DNA of 64,000 bases from the human T2T-CHM13v2.0 reference genome, Homo sapiens. The stretch's first letter is position 1, and each line of letters begins with the position of its first letter. Under the pieces are notes generated by a model. That model was not told the origin of the DNA. It saw nothing but the letters and a program-made list of their open reading frames with translations, and ran no database searches. The stretch is from assembly GCF_009914755.1 (NCBI RefSeq), contig NC_060931.1. One strand, given 5' to 3'. A program made the position numbers and the translations under genes. Shown piece after piece: positions 1 to 14,639 of this stretch.

Positions 1-415
1 AATTGTATCAGATTTGTAAAGTAGGAGAGAGAAAAAACCATCTTCCTACTGTCTTATGGCTCTTTTCTGCTGGCAATAAAGGTGTTAGAGATGTATCTCT
101 GCAGGAATGTTCCAATCTCCAATCTCCAGCTTTCTGTTTGTCAGAGTGTAGGTAGGCACTCTTTACTGAGTCCTGTCTTTTGACCTGTGAGTTCATGAGC
201 TCAACAGTTTTCATAGTTCTGCTTGTTACGGAAGTAGCAATTGCTCTTGTGGATCAGTTCTGCACTGCTCTGGAAATCATTTCTGAAAGCCAGTTGTAGA
301 TCCTGCTGCTCCATCACTTCCATTCATTTTACAATCACCTAATTCCCTTTACTTAATCTTGAGTTGCTTTAAAAAAAAACAGAGTTGTTTTTGTTTCAGT
401 ACTGACATCAGACAG
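1..415 (+). mobile_element. Possible old ERVL-type LTR 3' part (LTR16/LTR33-like)
   Basis: Ends with taattcccttt..aatc..gcttt..agagttgtttttgtttc..actgac, resembling ERVL LTR 3' ends. Confidence 0.3.
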
Positions 416-2399
416 ACAGAATGAGCAGGTAGGGAACTGGAAATCAGGCTACAGATCCTTAAATGTCAGAATGGGGAGAATAAAGAAATTATCAGGAAAA
501 CATCTGCAGTAGTTTTCCTTATAATTTCTTTAGAGAGGAGCCATTTACAATTGGTATAAGGCTTGGATAAATGCCTGATGCCTACGTCTGAGTTGTGATG
601 GGGGAAGAATAGAGGGACATCTGCTCCAGTTGTTCTGTACACGTCTTCGGTTGATTTTGCTGTTTTCAAACCTATATCTCACTCCTATCCTCCATTACAC
701 CTGCTGCTTTTAGGTTTCCATAAACAGATTGGGCAACTTTGGCCTTATAGTTCTTATACGGTGTATTCTCTCTCTCCTGTTTTTATTGAGAAATGCTCCA
801 ATTATCCTTCTGTCTTCCAGAAATTTGTTTAACTTCTTGACATACTAGTGACACTCCACAAGTATATCCTGATGGTTATATCTATTCTTTCATTTCATTA
901 GAATGTACGGAGACAGAGGCTTTTTTTCCAGTCTAGATCTTTAGCCAGGGTCTTACTTGAATTGCTTGGTCTTCAGAAGCAGAAGCTGAAGAAGAAATGC
1001 TGTCTGTCATAAAAGTGATATATCTGGCCATTTAATATGTTAAAGGCTTATCTAAATTTTAATAATTGTGAAGTTTTTAAAATAAATCTTTTTAAAGCTT
1101 ATACCTTTTTTCTCCTTAGAGGAAAAGTATTTTAAACTCTTGAATGTTTTATCCCTGGCAGACAAGCAAACATCATCATTTTCTATTTAAACCTACACAT
1201 CAAAATTGGAAAAATGTAAGGGTTTTTTAGTTAGAAGAAAACTTGTATGCAAATTTTGATGTTGCCACTTATAACTTTGGAAGGTGAAGCAAATTACTCC
1301 CTCTGAGCTTCAGTTTTTAAAACATTTTTAAATGTGGGTGTGAATATTTACTATGCAATAGTCAAGTAAGAATTAAATATTATGAGGTAGACAAATGAAG
1401 ATGACTACTATAGTGCCTACTATACAGTACTTGTTCATTTTTTTTTTAAACGCTCTCCTTTGGATAACTAGAAAATTTTCTAAAAGTGACTTCCTTAATG
1501 TTGCTTCATGCACATAAAGATGTCTGTGAAGCATAGGAAAATCAAATACCAAGAAAAATCTGCTAAAAACATGGAGAGTGAAGTTTACTGTTTTGCCCCA
1601 AGAAGGCATCATGGTAATATATACAGAAGATAAAATGGTTTAATATCTTCAAATTGTGATAGATAATAGAGACAATGGATTAAAAGTTCTAAGATGCATT
1701 GTAAACCTCATCTGAAATTTTTAAAAAGAAAATTGTAATCAAGCTAATAAAGTATACTGAATCTCAAAGAGATCTCTAGCTTATCTTCTAATTCATTATC
1801 CTGAGCATTGATTGAATTCTTGTAGCTTCTGAAAGCTGTATAAAATCCATAATTTTGGAGATATAATTGAGGAAAGGATGGTATAAACAAATATCTAACA
1901 TAAAAGATCTATGTGGCCTTCTTTTATAATATTACTCTGAGTTTTCTTTAAAAAGTATTTTAAAAATATTTCTCTTTGGGAAAAGTGGCACTGAAAGTCA
2001 TCATCAGCATATGGTGATTATAATGACTAAAAGATAAGTTTTTATTCCACACCATGACCTAGCCATCTAAATAAAATATTAGTTTCCCGTATTATTAAGA
2101 TTAATGTCTTTAGGCATAATGAAATGTTCAGCCACAAACAAATAGACCTCTACTCTCTGATTGAATCTTAAATGAGCCAATGAAAATGAAGTCCCTACTC
2201 CCAATGTAACAACCTAGTAAGAGGTGGACCAAGAAAGAATATGACCTGGTTTTAATGGTTAGGAGAACTGGTACAAACACTTATTAGATCTCTGATCAGG
2301 AAATACTGCTTCTGAGATCACTGCTTTTCTTAAAATGTGATATTTAAGGTATGAATGAACTCCTTTGACTTCTCCCTTAAGTACACAAATAATGTGAGC

Positions 2400-3110
2400 A
2401 GGGCAATATGGGTAGATCATGAGCTAGAGACCATTGATAAAAGATAAGGCCAAAGCAGGAATACCTGAGCCCTGAGGAGATTGTACAAGTTTCCAGAGAG
2501 ACAGAGAGAAAAAATTTCCTTTAAAAGATCAAGAATTTGCATAGACTTTTTGGCAGTACTGAAAGCTAGAAGGCTGTTCTGAAAATGCACAGTGAAAATG
2601 ATTTCCAATCTAGAATTCTGTACTATCAATCAAATGTAAACATAAAAATAAACATTTTCAGACACACAAGATGTGGAAAAAAAACTCACATGCATCCTTT
2701 TCTAGGAAACTACTGTAGCATATGCTCCCCCAACACAGAGTAAACCAATAAAAGAGAATACATGGGATCCAGGAAATGGAAGATCTAGTACAAGGGAAAG
2801 GTAAAGAGAATTCCTAGGATGACGGCAAAGGAGAATATGAGGAAGATAACTAGAGTGCAACTTGACCAGGCTTTGCAAGTAAGAGGTGTCTGGAAGAGAT
2901 GTCTCTGTGAAGATGGAATTGTTAGGATTCCTGACATGTTGGGATATATTGAATAAAGATTTATATAACTGAGATTTTTTTTAGGGATGAAGAATAGTAA
3001 TTACATAAAAATTAAGCCAATAAAATATTTTTTGTAGGAAAGGAAAAGTATATATAGTATACTACATGGATCAGTCATAAATATCATTTACTTAATTATA
3101 ATAAATAAAT
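2400..3110 (+). mobile_element. HAL1 / ancient L1 ORF1-region fragment
   Basis: gaaaatgatttccaatctagaattctg...acattttcagaca...catgggatccaggaaa resembles HAL1. Confidence 0.6.
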
Positions 3111-3249
3111 ATCTGCCCAAAGATCAACCTGTCATATTCTGATTTCTTAGTACATCAAAATTTTTACTACTAATGGTTTGTAAATGTTGAGCATATTTCT
3201 GTCAGCTATTTATAATATAATATGTGCATAAGTAATTACTCATCAATTA

Positions 3250-3535
3250 TTATTATTTTTAAAGAAAGGATCTCACTCTGTTGCCCAAGTTGAAGTGCGG
3301 TGGCACAATTATAGCTCTTGAAACTCCTGGGCTCAAGGGATCTCCCCACCTCAGCTTCCTGAGTGGCTAGAACTATGGGCTTGCACTACCACACCCAGTT
3401 AATTTAAGATTTGTTTTTAGAGACTGGATCTCACTGTCTTGTCCAAGTTGGTCTAGAACTGCTGGCCTCCAGTGATTATCTCACCTTGGCCTCCTCAAAT
3501 GCTGGCATTACCGGCCTGAGCCATTATAGCTGGCC
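3250..3535 (-). mobile_element. AluJ
   Basis: Diverged Alu dimer in reverse orientation (tctcactctgttgccca...ctcctgggctcaagggatc...tgagcca). Confidence 0.85.
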
Positions 3536-4000
3536 AATTATTTCTTATTTTCTAAGCATTATTTTAGAGAGAGCAAGTCAATGACCAAACTTTTGAGGAT
3601 CTATGTTACATATTTAAGATGGAAATCATAAATATCTATATATAATGAATAATTGATGGTAATTAAAAATATGTTTTAAGTGGATACTCATAAATACAAC
3701 AATGCATGTTTTTATTATATACTTTGATGAAAATGATTTTTCTTTGAAAAGAGTCAGTGCACTTCCATTTTGCCTGTCAATAAGATATTGTCATTCACTA
3801 TAACAGAGAGGATAAAAAATTGCAAATAATTTTCATGAAGATACTAATTAAAAGAGAAAATGACATAATGGGATGCTGTATCAAATACTGCATTAAAGGA
3901 TAGCAATCATAAATATTTGTGGTTTGTGGATGGAGGTAATGGGGATATACTCCTAAAGTAATACAATGCTGCTACTATAATATAACAAAGTTATTTTTCC

Positions 4001-4286
4001 TTTTTTTTTTTTGAAATGTAGTCTTGCTCTGTTGCCCAAGCTGGAGTGCTGTGGTGCAGTCAGCTCACTGCAACCTCCGCCTCCTGGGTTCAAGCAATTC
4101 TCCTCTCAGCCCCCCGAGTAGCTGGGACTACAGGTGCATGCCACCATGCCCAGCTAATTTTTTTTTGTATTTTTAGGAGAGATGGGGTTTCACCATGTTG
4201 GCCAGGCTGGTCTCGAACTCTTGACCTCTGCCTGCCTTGGCCTCCCAAAGTGCTGGGATTACAGGTGTGAGCCACTGCGCCCGGCC
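4001..4286 (-). mobile_element. AluS
   Basis: Poly-T followed by a reverse Alu body ending gagccactgcgcccggcc. Confidence 0.92.
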
Positions 4287-5454
4287 TTTTCCTTATGTTT
4301 TCCAATCAGATCTCTTTTGGTTACCTTATTTTCAAAATGTAGTGAATTAAAGCAACATTAAAAAAAAAGGTGAACTTAGAGGGTCAGAATGGTATAATCC
4401 AGTTATAAATCTGAGTGGTTTGACCATTTTCATTATAGGCAGAAGACTACTGGTTAACTTTCTAAAAACAAAACCATTTCTTTCATTTTTGAAATATAAA
4501 ATGCTATATTAAGCCTTTTCTCAAGCAACTATTAAGAGAGCACTTACTGGCGAATGTACAAAAACTCTATTTTTGAGTAATTATATACCTAATGCCACTT
4601 GAACTAAAGCATGTAAGAAAAATGTGTGCATTTTTCTTCATTTAAGGACTCGTCTATGGTAAAAATGTATGACTTTTTTTCAAAACAAAAGCAGTGGGAA
4701 CATGGGAGAAACATGCCTTCTTTATTGCTGAAATATATATTTTCAGTGGTTATACTCTTAAGGAAATCCTAAAGCTGTAATGCATTTGGTGTTTTTTTTT
4801 TTCCTGTAACACAATAAGAATAAAATGGCAGCTCAGCATGAGACAACTATTATACACAACATCAGATATATTTCAGGTATTTGAAAGCTGGAATTTTTCT
4901 CTACCATGGGTTATGGTTTTAGCTTTATAACTGCCTTGCTGTGAAATTGGACAAGTCATTTAACCCTTCTTAATTTTCTTCCACCAAATCGCAAATGGCA
5001 ATTATTAAACTCCATACTATTTTATCTATGCATATACTTTGCTATTCTATACAGAAATATCCCTACTAATGGTACTTCCTGCAGGTCTGTCTAAAATGCT
5101 CAGTGAGTGACCTGTAATCCAGCTCTCCACTTAGTGAATGTTACTCTTACCTGTGGAGTCCCTTATTAACAACATACTGACTCTGCCCTTCAAGCTGCCT
5201 GATATTTACACTCAAACACAACTACCCTGTCTATGCTTTCCTCTTGTCAGTGTGGTCTGTAGGTGCCACATATAGGACACTTTTAGCAACTATGTCAATC
5301 AGATCAAGTGATTCTTTTGTGGACTTTTAACCTCAAGCAGAAATAAAAGTTTTCTCACATTTACCACATTTAGGACAATCCTCTTTGATTTACCACTCGG
5401 CAGGTGAGTGGCAACACATTATGGTCCTTTTGCCTTCCATTAATATTTGTAAGA

Positions 5455-5830
5455 CTTTTTTGTATTTTTTTAAGTTCCATATATAGGGGGTACATGTGTA
5501 GGTTTGTTACATGGGTGTATTGTGTGATGCTGAAGTTTGATGTATGGATTCTGTCACCCAGGTATTAAGCATAGTACCCAATAGGGAGATTTTCAATGCC
5601 TTCCCCGCAACAAGCCACCCTGCATAGTCTGCAATGTCTATTGTTCCCATGTTATGTCCATGAGTGCTCAATGTTTAGCTCATACGTATAAGTGAGAACA
5701 TGAGATATTTGGGTTTCTGTTTCTGAATTAATTCACTTAGGACAATAGCCTCCAGCTTCATCCATTTTGCTGCAAAGAATATGATATCCTTTTTTATGGC
5801 TGTGTAATATTCTATGGTGTATATGTACAA
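5455..5830 (-). mobile_element. L1 3' end (old L1PA/L1PB-like)
   Basis: ggtacatgtgtaggtttgttacatggg...tataagtgagaacatg...tccagcttcatccat, the L1 3' UTR in reverse. Confidence 0.85.
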
Positions 5831-6528
5831 TCATGATGGCCTATATGTATATTAAGAATTAAATAGTAATATATATGCATAGTAAAATTATTTATGGTAG
5901 AATTATAATTTTCTAGATGAATAAGTAACTCTAATTCATGAAAAAGTTGTCATGGCTTGATTTCCTGCAAAGTCATAGGTAGATCCTGAGTTGTTACTGA
6001 AGCTAATATTATTTTACACTTATATAGCAGGTTGTAATATGCTCACCATTTTGCAAAACATTGGGAATGAAATTTGACCTATCAAGAAATCAAAGTATGA
6101 CAGTTTGATACGTGTGTTTCTTTCTTGAGATCTTTCAGAGGTTGCATGTATGTCAGGTAATTATCTTTTATATAGCAAAGTAAAGATTGCTTTATAAAAG
6201 CTTTTAAGTTTCTGGAAACATGAGGAAATTTTCAAGATTTTCATAATTTTATTCAAGTAGGAAATATCAGACATGGCTCTGGAATAGGAACATACAGACT
6301 TGTGTTAGCAATATCCTTTTTAGAAAATGCAGTTGGTGTATGTAGCACCCCCAGAAAGAAAGAAACGTGAAGATGCTCTATTCTGTTCCTGACCACTCTG
6401 AGTATCAGACTGCTATCTACTGTTTTAAGGATTTAGATTTTTGCCAGAGCCAAATATCCAGATATAGCTATAGTAGGCTGGATTTTCTATCTTGGGGATT
6501 TAATAGCAGAATAAAAATAGTAATTGGG

Positions 6529-6908
<380 letters not shown>

Positions 6909-7579
6909 CTATGAATATAATGGAAAGATTTCTGACATCAATACCTAGTTATCTTCTTATCTTTCAAATATGGTACTTCCAGGGCAGTAAACTCACTTTG
7001 TATTTAGCTGGCACATCTTGCATTATTCTGTTCTCTTCATTCCACTTATATGTATCTCATGTCATTTTTTGTACTACATTTTGATACTTGGATAGTCATT
7101 ATTTGTATTATTAGTTGCCCCAAATTTTCAATCTTTACATCAACAAGTACTCAAAGTTGAGTCTAATACTGTAGCTTAGGTAAGTTCTGTAGTGATTTTG
7201 CTTCTTGCTAATATGCTCTACAAAATGCTGGCTCCCTGGTTTGTCTATTAATCCCAGCACTGACTTCTGTCTGTCAGGCTCTGCAACTTTCATTTGATCT
7301 TGAATGTATGTCCTTGTGTTGGCTTTTGATACATAGATGTGACCAGGAAGACCCTTTTCTTGGGAAGAATCCCTTTTGAGTTGGAATTTTAGCTCAGGAA
7401 TAGATGCAAAGGGCCATATTGCTTCCTAAATAATAATATTAAAAATGACCAATATTTTCTGCTTATCATACTACTTGCTGTTTATCAAGTCTTCATTTCT
7501 CACCTGGGTTTAGGCACTGGTAAGAACAGTAAAAATTCTGGTCCAAAAAATGTAATAAACATTTCTTAAATTCCATTTG

Positions 7580-7760
7580 GGTACTAAACACTATTCTGGG
7601 TCTTCCAACTTTTATTATCTTCCAGTCCTCAAAACAAACCTGGCTGATAGATAGTACTGTTATCTGTAAGATTAATAAACTACTTCTCAGATAGACAATG
7701 TGAACTTCCCAGGGTCATTCAGCTGGTAAATGGCTGCATTCAGGTGTCTTGACTGCCACT
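7580..7760 (-). mobile_element. MIR
   Basis: aacttcccagggtcattcagctggtaaatggc resembles the MIR core. Confidence 0.55.
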
Positions 7761-7775
7761 TCAATGATTCATAAT

Positions 7776-8139
7776 CGATATGGTTTGGCTGTGTCCCCAC
7801 CCAAATCTCATCTTGAATTGTAGCTCCGGTAATTCTCAAATGTCGTGGGAGGGACCCAGTGGGAGGTAATTCAGTCATGGGGGTGGGTCTTTCCCATGCT
7901 GTTCTTGTGGTGGTGAATAAGTCTTACGAGATCTGACGGTTTTATAAAGGGAAGTTCCCTTGTACATGGTCTCTTGCCCGCTGCCATGTAAGATGTGACT
8001 CTGCTCCTCTTTTGCCTTCCACCACGATTGTGAGGCCTCCCCAGCAATGTGAAAATGTGAGTCAGTTAAACCTCTTTCCTTTACAAATTACCCAGTCTTG
8101 GGTATGCCTTTATTAGCAGTGTCAGAACAGACAAATACA
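7776..8139 (+). mobile_element. THE1 solo LTR (ERVL-MaLR)
   Basis: Starts gatatggtttggctgtgtccccacccaaatctc and ends aataca. Perfect 5-bp TSD ATAAT at 7771-7775 and 8140-8144. Confidence 0.95.
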
Positions 8140-8149
8140 ATAATTTTGC

Positions 8150-11100
8150 AAAATTTGAGACCTTTTAAAATGGCACAGAATAGGGCTCATCTCAGTGAAT
8201 ATTCTACGTGCACTTAAAAAGAATGTAAACTTTGCAGGGTAAGTTAGGTGTTGTAACCTAAACATAAAAATTATGTTAAAGTGGTTGATAGTGTTTTTCA
8301 GACTATGAATTTAATTTTATTATAATATCAGTTGCTGAGAGAGGGGTGGTAAAATTACTATGATTGTGGAATTATATATTTCTCCCTTGAGTTTTGTCTC
8401 TTCTTTTGACTTCATGTATTTTGAAGCTCTGTTATTAGGCACATACATATTTATGATCATTATGTCTTCCTGATGAATTGACCTGACCAGTGTTATGAAA
8501 TGTGCCACTTTACTGCTGGTAATACTGTAGCTTGTAGTCCATTTTTTCTGATATTTGTATAACCACACAAGCTTTCTTACCCTTCCCATTTGCTTACTTA
8601 CCTTCAGCCTAGTTGTATTTTTATACTAAAATATGTCTCTTCTAGCTAATATATACTTGGGTTTTGCTCTCTTTTTTAACCCATTTTTGATAATATCTGT
8701 CTTAAAGTTGGCATGTTTAGTTTGTTAACAATTAATTATTGCTGAAAGGATTGACTTTGGGCTTCCGTACCAGTTTTTTATTTGGTTCTGTTTGTCCCAT
8801 CTGTTTTTGTTCCTTTGTTTTTTTCCTGCCATCTCTTGGATTACTCTAGTAATTTTTGCATATGATTTTAATGTAACTATTGACTTTTTAGCTATATCTC
8901 TTGCACTCTTTTTTTTGTGCTTTTTCTACAAATTACCATAAGCACCTACTTAGAAACAGCATTTGTCACTTAATGTAATGGGCAATAAACTTGCAACTAT
9001 ATAAATCTGATTCTTCTTCCTGTAATCCTCTGTGCTAGGCTGTCATATTTATTACATTTACATACATTTTACAGCCTCACAGGATGATGCTATAATATTT
9101 TCTTTAAAATGTCCTATGGATTTTAATGAAATTAAAAGGAAATGTAGCTTTTTATATTTGGCTCCCCACTTTTTATAAAAACATTTTTAAGGCTTTTTAT
9201 TTCTTCCTAAAGATCCAGGTTTTTATATGGTATATCTTAAGCCTGTGGAACCCCCTTTATCATTTATTTTTATTTTTGCCCACTCATATACTCTGTTTCT
9301 TATTTTTATTGTTTCTGGGCCATTGGCTTTAAGTGTATAGTTTTTCTGTAAACAACAGACATCTGCATTTACTTTTTAATCTAATTTGAGACTTTAAAAA
9401 ATAATTTCAGCTTTTATTTTAGATTCAGGTGGTACATGTACAGGTTTGTTACATGGGTATAGTATGTGATTCTGAGATTTGGGATATGAATGATCCCTTC
9501 ACCCAAGTAGTGAGCATAATATCCAATAGGTAGATTTCCAGCCCTTCCCCTCCTCTGGTAGTCTTCAGTGTCTATTGTTCTCATCTTTATGTTCACGTGT
9601 ACCCAATGGCTAGCTACCACTTATAAGTGAGAACATGCAATATTTGTTTTTTTGTTTGTTTGTTTGTTTCTCCACCTAGCATAATAACCTCCAGCTGCAT
9701 CCATGTTGCTGCAAAGGACATGATTTTATTCCTTGTTATGGATGTATAGTATTGCTTAGTGTTCTATGTACCACATATTTAAAATCCAATGGCCTGTTGA
9801 TGGGCACCTAGGTTGCTTCCATGTCTTTGCTATTGCAAATGATGCTGCAATAAACATATGAGTACCTATTGTCTTTTGGTAGAATGATTTACTTTTTATA
9901 TACCCAGTAATGGGATTGCTGGGTCAATTGGTAGTTCTGTTTTAAGTTCTTTGAGAAATTTCTAAACTGCTTTCCACATCATTTGTTATAGCAGTGAATT
10001 TCTGTTGACAATGAATTCTCTTAGTTTTACTTTTAGAATAAAATATTTTTACTTTTATTCTTAAAGAATATTTTCACCGAGTATAGAATTTTTGATTTTT
10101 TTTTTTTAGTTTCAGTACTTCAAATAATACTTTTCCACTACTTTTTGGACTTAGCCATTTCTGATGAAGAGTTATTGGCCATTCAAGTTGTTGTTCCCTT
10201 ATCATTTTTCTCTGACTGCTTTCATGATTTTATCACTCAGAAATCTGACTGTGATGTGTTTAGGAATTGTTCTTTTCATATTTACTCTGCTTGGGGTTCA
10301 CTGAGCTTCTTGAATATGCACACTTATTTTTTGCCCAATATGGGAAAGTTTTAGTCACTATTTGTTCAAATATTTTTGTGCTTTAAAAAATTACTTCTTC
10401 TGGAACTGCAATTATGTACATCAGCACTTTTGCTTTTGTCCAAAAGTTCTCTGAGTTACTATTCACCTTTTATCTATCTTTTTTTGTTCTGTCTTCATGT
10501 TAGGTAACTTGTATTGATTCATTTTAAGGCTCATTTATTTTTCTGTCGTTTCCATTCTGTTTTTAAGTAAATTCAATTTAAGAAATCTCAGATATTGTCC
10601 CTTTCAGTTCTAAAATTTGCATTTAGAGTTTAAAAATCACTTTTTAACTCTTCTCCAAGATTTTTTTAAACAATTTCTCATTGTGATACTATTTTCATTG
10701 AGAATAATTATAATAATTCTTTTAAAATCCTTTTGTGATAATTTTACTACTTGGTTTTTCTTGTAATATGTCTCAGTTGATGTATTTTCTCTTGATCTGG
10801 GCTAGACATTTCTGATTCTTCATGTGTCAAGTAATTTAGAATTGTGTCTGGGGCATTGTGAATGTTATAGAGACTGAATTTGGCTGTATTTCTCTGAAGT
10901 ATGTTGATATAATTAATTGGTTGGAGTCAAATGGTAAACTCTGCCTCTTAACTGGCAGCTCAGATCTCGGTTCAGTTTTTTCATCTTTAACCTATACTGC
11001 TCTGAGTTTGCCTAGTGCATTTGTAGTTTTAGGGGTCAAATACATGGACAGGGTTTCGGAGGATAATTTGGGGCTCAAATCTGTGCCTTTTCATTTCCCT

Positions 11101-11330
11101 GATTCCTCTCCTATTTATGAATATCTATAATTTACCTGAACTTTTCTCTGATTTTCTAGGATAGAAAGACTGTGGATTTTTCTGTTGTAATTTTAGCAAA
11201 TTTTATGTTTCCAACTTCAGTTTGCCCATAGGGGAAAAGCCATAAAAACTGAAAATGCACTCCATTCTAGTCCCTTTTGGCCCTGTAGAATCTTAGCCTT
11301 ACTGGAAGCCTTATTTTGCATTATTGTCTA
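8150..11330 (-). mobile_element. Ancient L1M (5' UTR, ORF1, ORF2 endonuclease start), interrupted by a younger L1
   Basis: ORF 8320-8589 translates to SIHQEDIMIINMYVPNNRASKYMK (L1 endonuclease domain). T-rich ORF1 antisense sequence at 10.0-10.9 kb. Confidence 0.75.
9405..9978 (-). mobile_element. L1 3' end (L1PA16/L1PB-like) nested in the older L1
   Basis: ttttattttagattcaggtggtacatgtacaggtttgttac...ctaaactgctttccaca. Confidence 0.85.
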
Positions 11331-14120
11331 AACTGTTGTGGGCTTTAAAAAATATTTTAATATCATAACTTAGAGTTTCACAATATCATAATTTCATTTT
11401 ATATTCAAATACAAACTATTTCATGATAATTAAATCTTTCCAAAGATTCCTTTAGACACTTTCCCAAATTGAATTTTTGTAAATTATACTCAAATACTGA
11501 TAGAGTGATTTCACAAGTACCAAAATAAAATATTTTTTCATTGTGGGCATTTAAATTAACTAAATGTATTATCAAACTCTATTAGAATGCTAAACATTAT
11601 GAAGCAAGCTTAAAGTTTATAAAGCAGCTTTTTCAGTATTCAGAAGCTGCAATGGGAATTTTGTTTCTGTGAAGACCAAAGATTTGTGATCTATGTTGGT
11701 GGTGATCATAGAAGAAAAATCAAGGGAATAAATTGTTGTGCCAAAATTACCTGTATAGGCAGTGTTTTTGATGTCATAGAGCAATCTTGGCTTCCCTTTC
11801 TTATTATAATGGTATCAGATTCTCATTGTTAAAGAATTCCTCATCCCCAGCTACTCTATTACTTTGGAATTTGTAGAAAGGTCAGTGAGTCTCAGGAGTT
11901 GTGATTACTTTTTCTAGCTGACATTTATTGATCTCATTACCTTCATGCTCATATTTCAGAAAAATTTTTTTCATTCTGTTACCATTTCAAAGATGACAGA
12001 AATGCTGCAGTGCTCACTGTATTAGAACTGTATGTAATTAAAATTTGTACTGTGTTTCATCACAATTCACTGTCAGAACCATAGCATGTGTTGTTTATAA
12101 ATTAGATTGTTATAATTAGAACACACAATGTGCATAAAGAAGGCTGAATTTATATGCTAACATATCTTTTATATCTTTTCATGAAAATGAATGTTGTAGA
12201 ATCTTTGGGAATAAAACATTTTACTAGTACTGAATGGCTCACTTGACTCTCGCCGTTGCCAGTGCTTCGTCTTAAACGATTGCTTTTGCAAAATCATTTC
12301 TAAAAAAGATTCTAGAGACAAGGAATATTAAAGAGATGTGTATAAAGATGATTAAGTAAACTATACATAACCATGTTTTAATTTTTCCTAAGACTGAGCC
12401 ATAATTAGATAGGTTTATTATAAATATATAGATTTATAATATATGTAATACTTTCAAATATTTAAACTCACAGTTCTAGCCCAATTTTACTTGTCTACAT
12501 TTAAAAGAAAAACTTTAAAAGGATGGTGAAATAGTTTTTAAAAAGGTTTATTTGCATGAGGTAGATTTAGGAACAGTTTTTCTTTTGTCTGTTTAAGCCA
12601 CAATTGTACATACTGAATTCCTTCTTCCTATTTGCCAAGAGACCATCCAACCAGAAAGATTTAAAAATTCTCTCTATGAAAGTCAAGAATAGGCACAGGA
12701 CATTCAGCTGTCATGATGAATCAGAAAACTAATCTATGAACCATTTGCTGGAGGTTATTTTAGATGGATTAATTTACAGAACACCCTAGTTTACAGAGGC
12801 TAATAAATTATAGTTGATAGTTATGATCAAAACCATTATTAGATAGGTATGCCATTGTTTATGTATACATCTTAGTCCTTTGGGCCGTAGATTTGGCCCC
12901 TATTAATTCACTTCTGAGGATTATTAATTTCTTTATTCTCATTTCTAATTTGAGAGATAAAATTCAGAGAAGCATGGTTTGCCCCTCACTGGTGGTTCAT
13001 CGGTTTTAAGGACCTACTGATACTCTGTAACCTAAAGTTTGTTCATATTTCTGACAAATTTGCAATCTCTCTCTTTACTTGTATTTATTTAAAGATTACT
13101 GACACATGACATTCATCAGTCTCAGGCAAACGCTAACCTCACTGCCAAACACAAAGACATAATCATTTTTGACTTCCGCATTAGGCTCAAAAAAATTCTG
13201 GATTGAAATATTCACTAACCATAACAGAATATACTAATTCCAAGAAATAAGTGTATTCATGTGCCATTTTATAAGGTCAGCCTAATATTCCTGAAGAAAA
13301 CACCCCCATGTTCTTTCTTATAAAATGACTTCTTATTATTTTTAATGACAAGCATGTTTTATGATATGTGGATAATACATGTGAAGTTCAGAGATTCTCT
13401 GTGTAATTAATGAATTAATCTAGGTGGGAGATAAACTAGTTTTAAAAAGAAAATGAGTCTATTTTAATAACACTCATGTCTTCAGATATTGGTCAGAGAC
13501 CAGAACTGTCTTGTCAACCCAAGACATTTTTTTTCAATAGGCATTATTATGGATAAAGCGGATTATTTGAAATCAAATCAACAAATTTACTGACTAGTAC
13601 CATATATTAGGTGCCATGCTGGCTGTAGTAGAAAATATGAAGATGCTGGCACCAAGTACTGGGCTAGTCAGTTATAGATATTATTTTATTTATTCCCAAC
13701 AATGTTGAACGGGGCATTAGTTCCATTTTTATAGCTGATGATATAGGCTGATGGTTAAGAAATAGTAGAGAAATTATTAGATACCAGCAATGCCAAAATG
13801 CAAAGCCCTTTTGTTTATTGTAGCATCTTCATATTTCTTTGATCATACGTATACTCTGAATGAATTATGAAAACTATGCTCCCTCTCATGCATGTTTAAG
13901 TTGAAACCCAAATTTTTTTCATCACAAATAAGTTATTATAAATAATGTGCTTTTGACATATTGCAAATATTGGCATTTAAAAATTTATCTCCAGATCACT
14001 CACTTAAAAATGTCCAATTGCATCTAAATATCACAATGATTTGATGCTCTTCATCATTTATTTTTTAGAAAGTACACACACATATTGTTTATGTCATAGA
14101 AGTGAATGGCTGTTAAAATT

Positions 14121-14639
14121 TGTGTCAGCTGGGGTTCTCCAGAAAAACAGCACCAACGGGATATACAGAGAGATATATAAGAGCAGATTTATTACCGGGG
14201 TTGGCTCGTATGGTTATAGAAGTCCCACAATCTTCTGTTTGCAAGCTGCAGAACCAGGAAAGCAGAGAAAGCAGAGGGAGTAATTTGGTCTGAGGAGAAT
14301 GTGATTGAGGTTGGTGATGGTGTTAGAGCTGGTCTGAGTCCAAAACTCTGAGAACCAGGAGCACTGAAGTCCAAGGGCAAGAGAAAAATAGATGTCTCAG
14401 ATCAGGCAGAGTGATCAAATTCACACTCTTTCTGCCTTTTTGTTTGTATACAGGCCCTTAATAAACTGAACGATGCCTGCTCACATGGGCTAGTGTGATC
14501 TTCTTTACTCATCCTACTAGTTCAAATACTGATCCCCTGTGGGAACATCCTCACAGACACACCCAGAAATAATGTTTACCCAGAGCTATGTGGGAATTCC
14601 TTACCCCAGTCAAGTTGACCCATGAAGTTAACCATCACA
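14121..14639 (-). mobile_element. MLT2 solo LTR (ERVL)
   Basis: gggttctccagaaaaacag...gacacacccagaaataatg...ttaaccatcaca, with TG...CA termini. Confidence 0.88.
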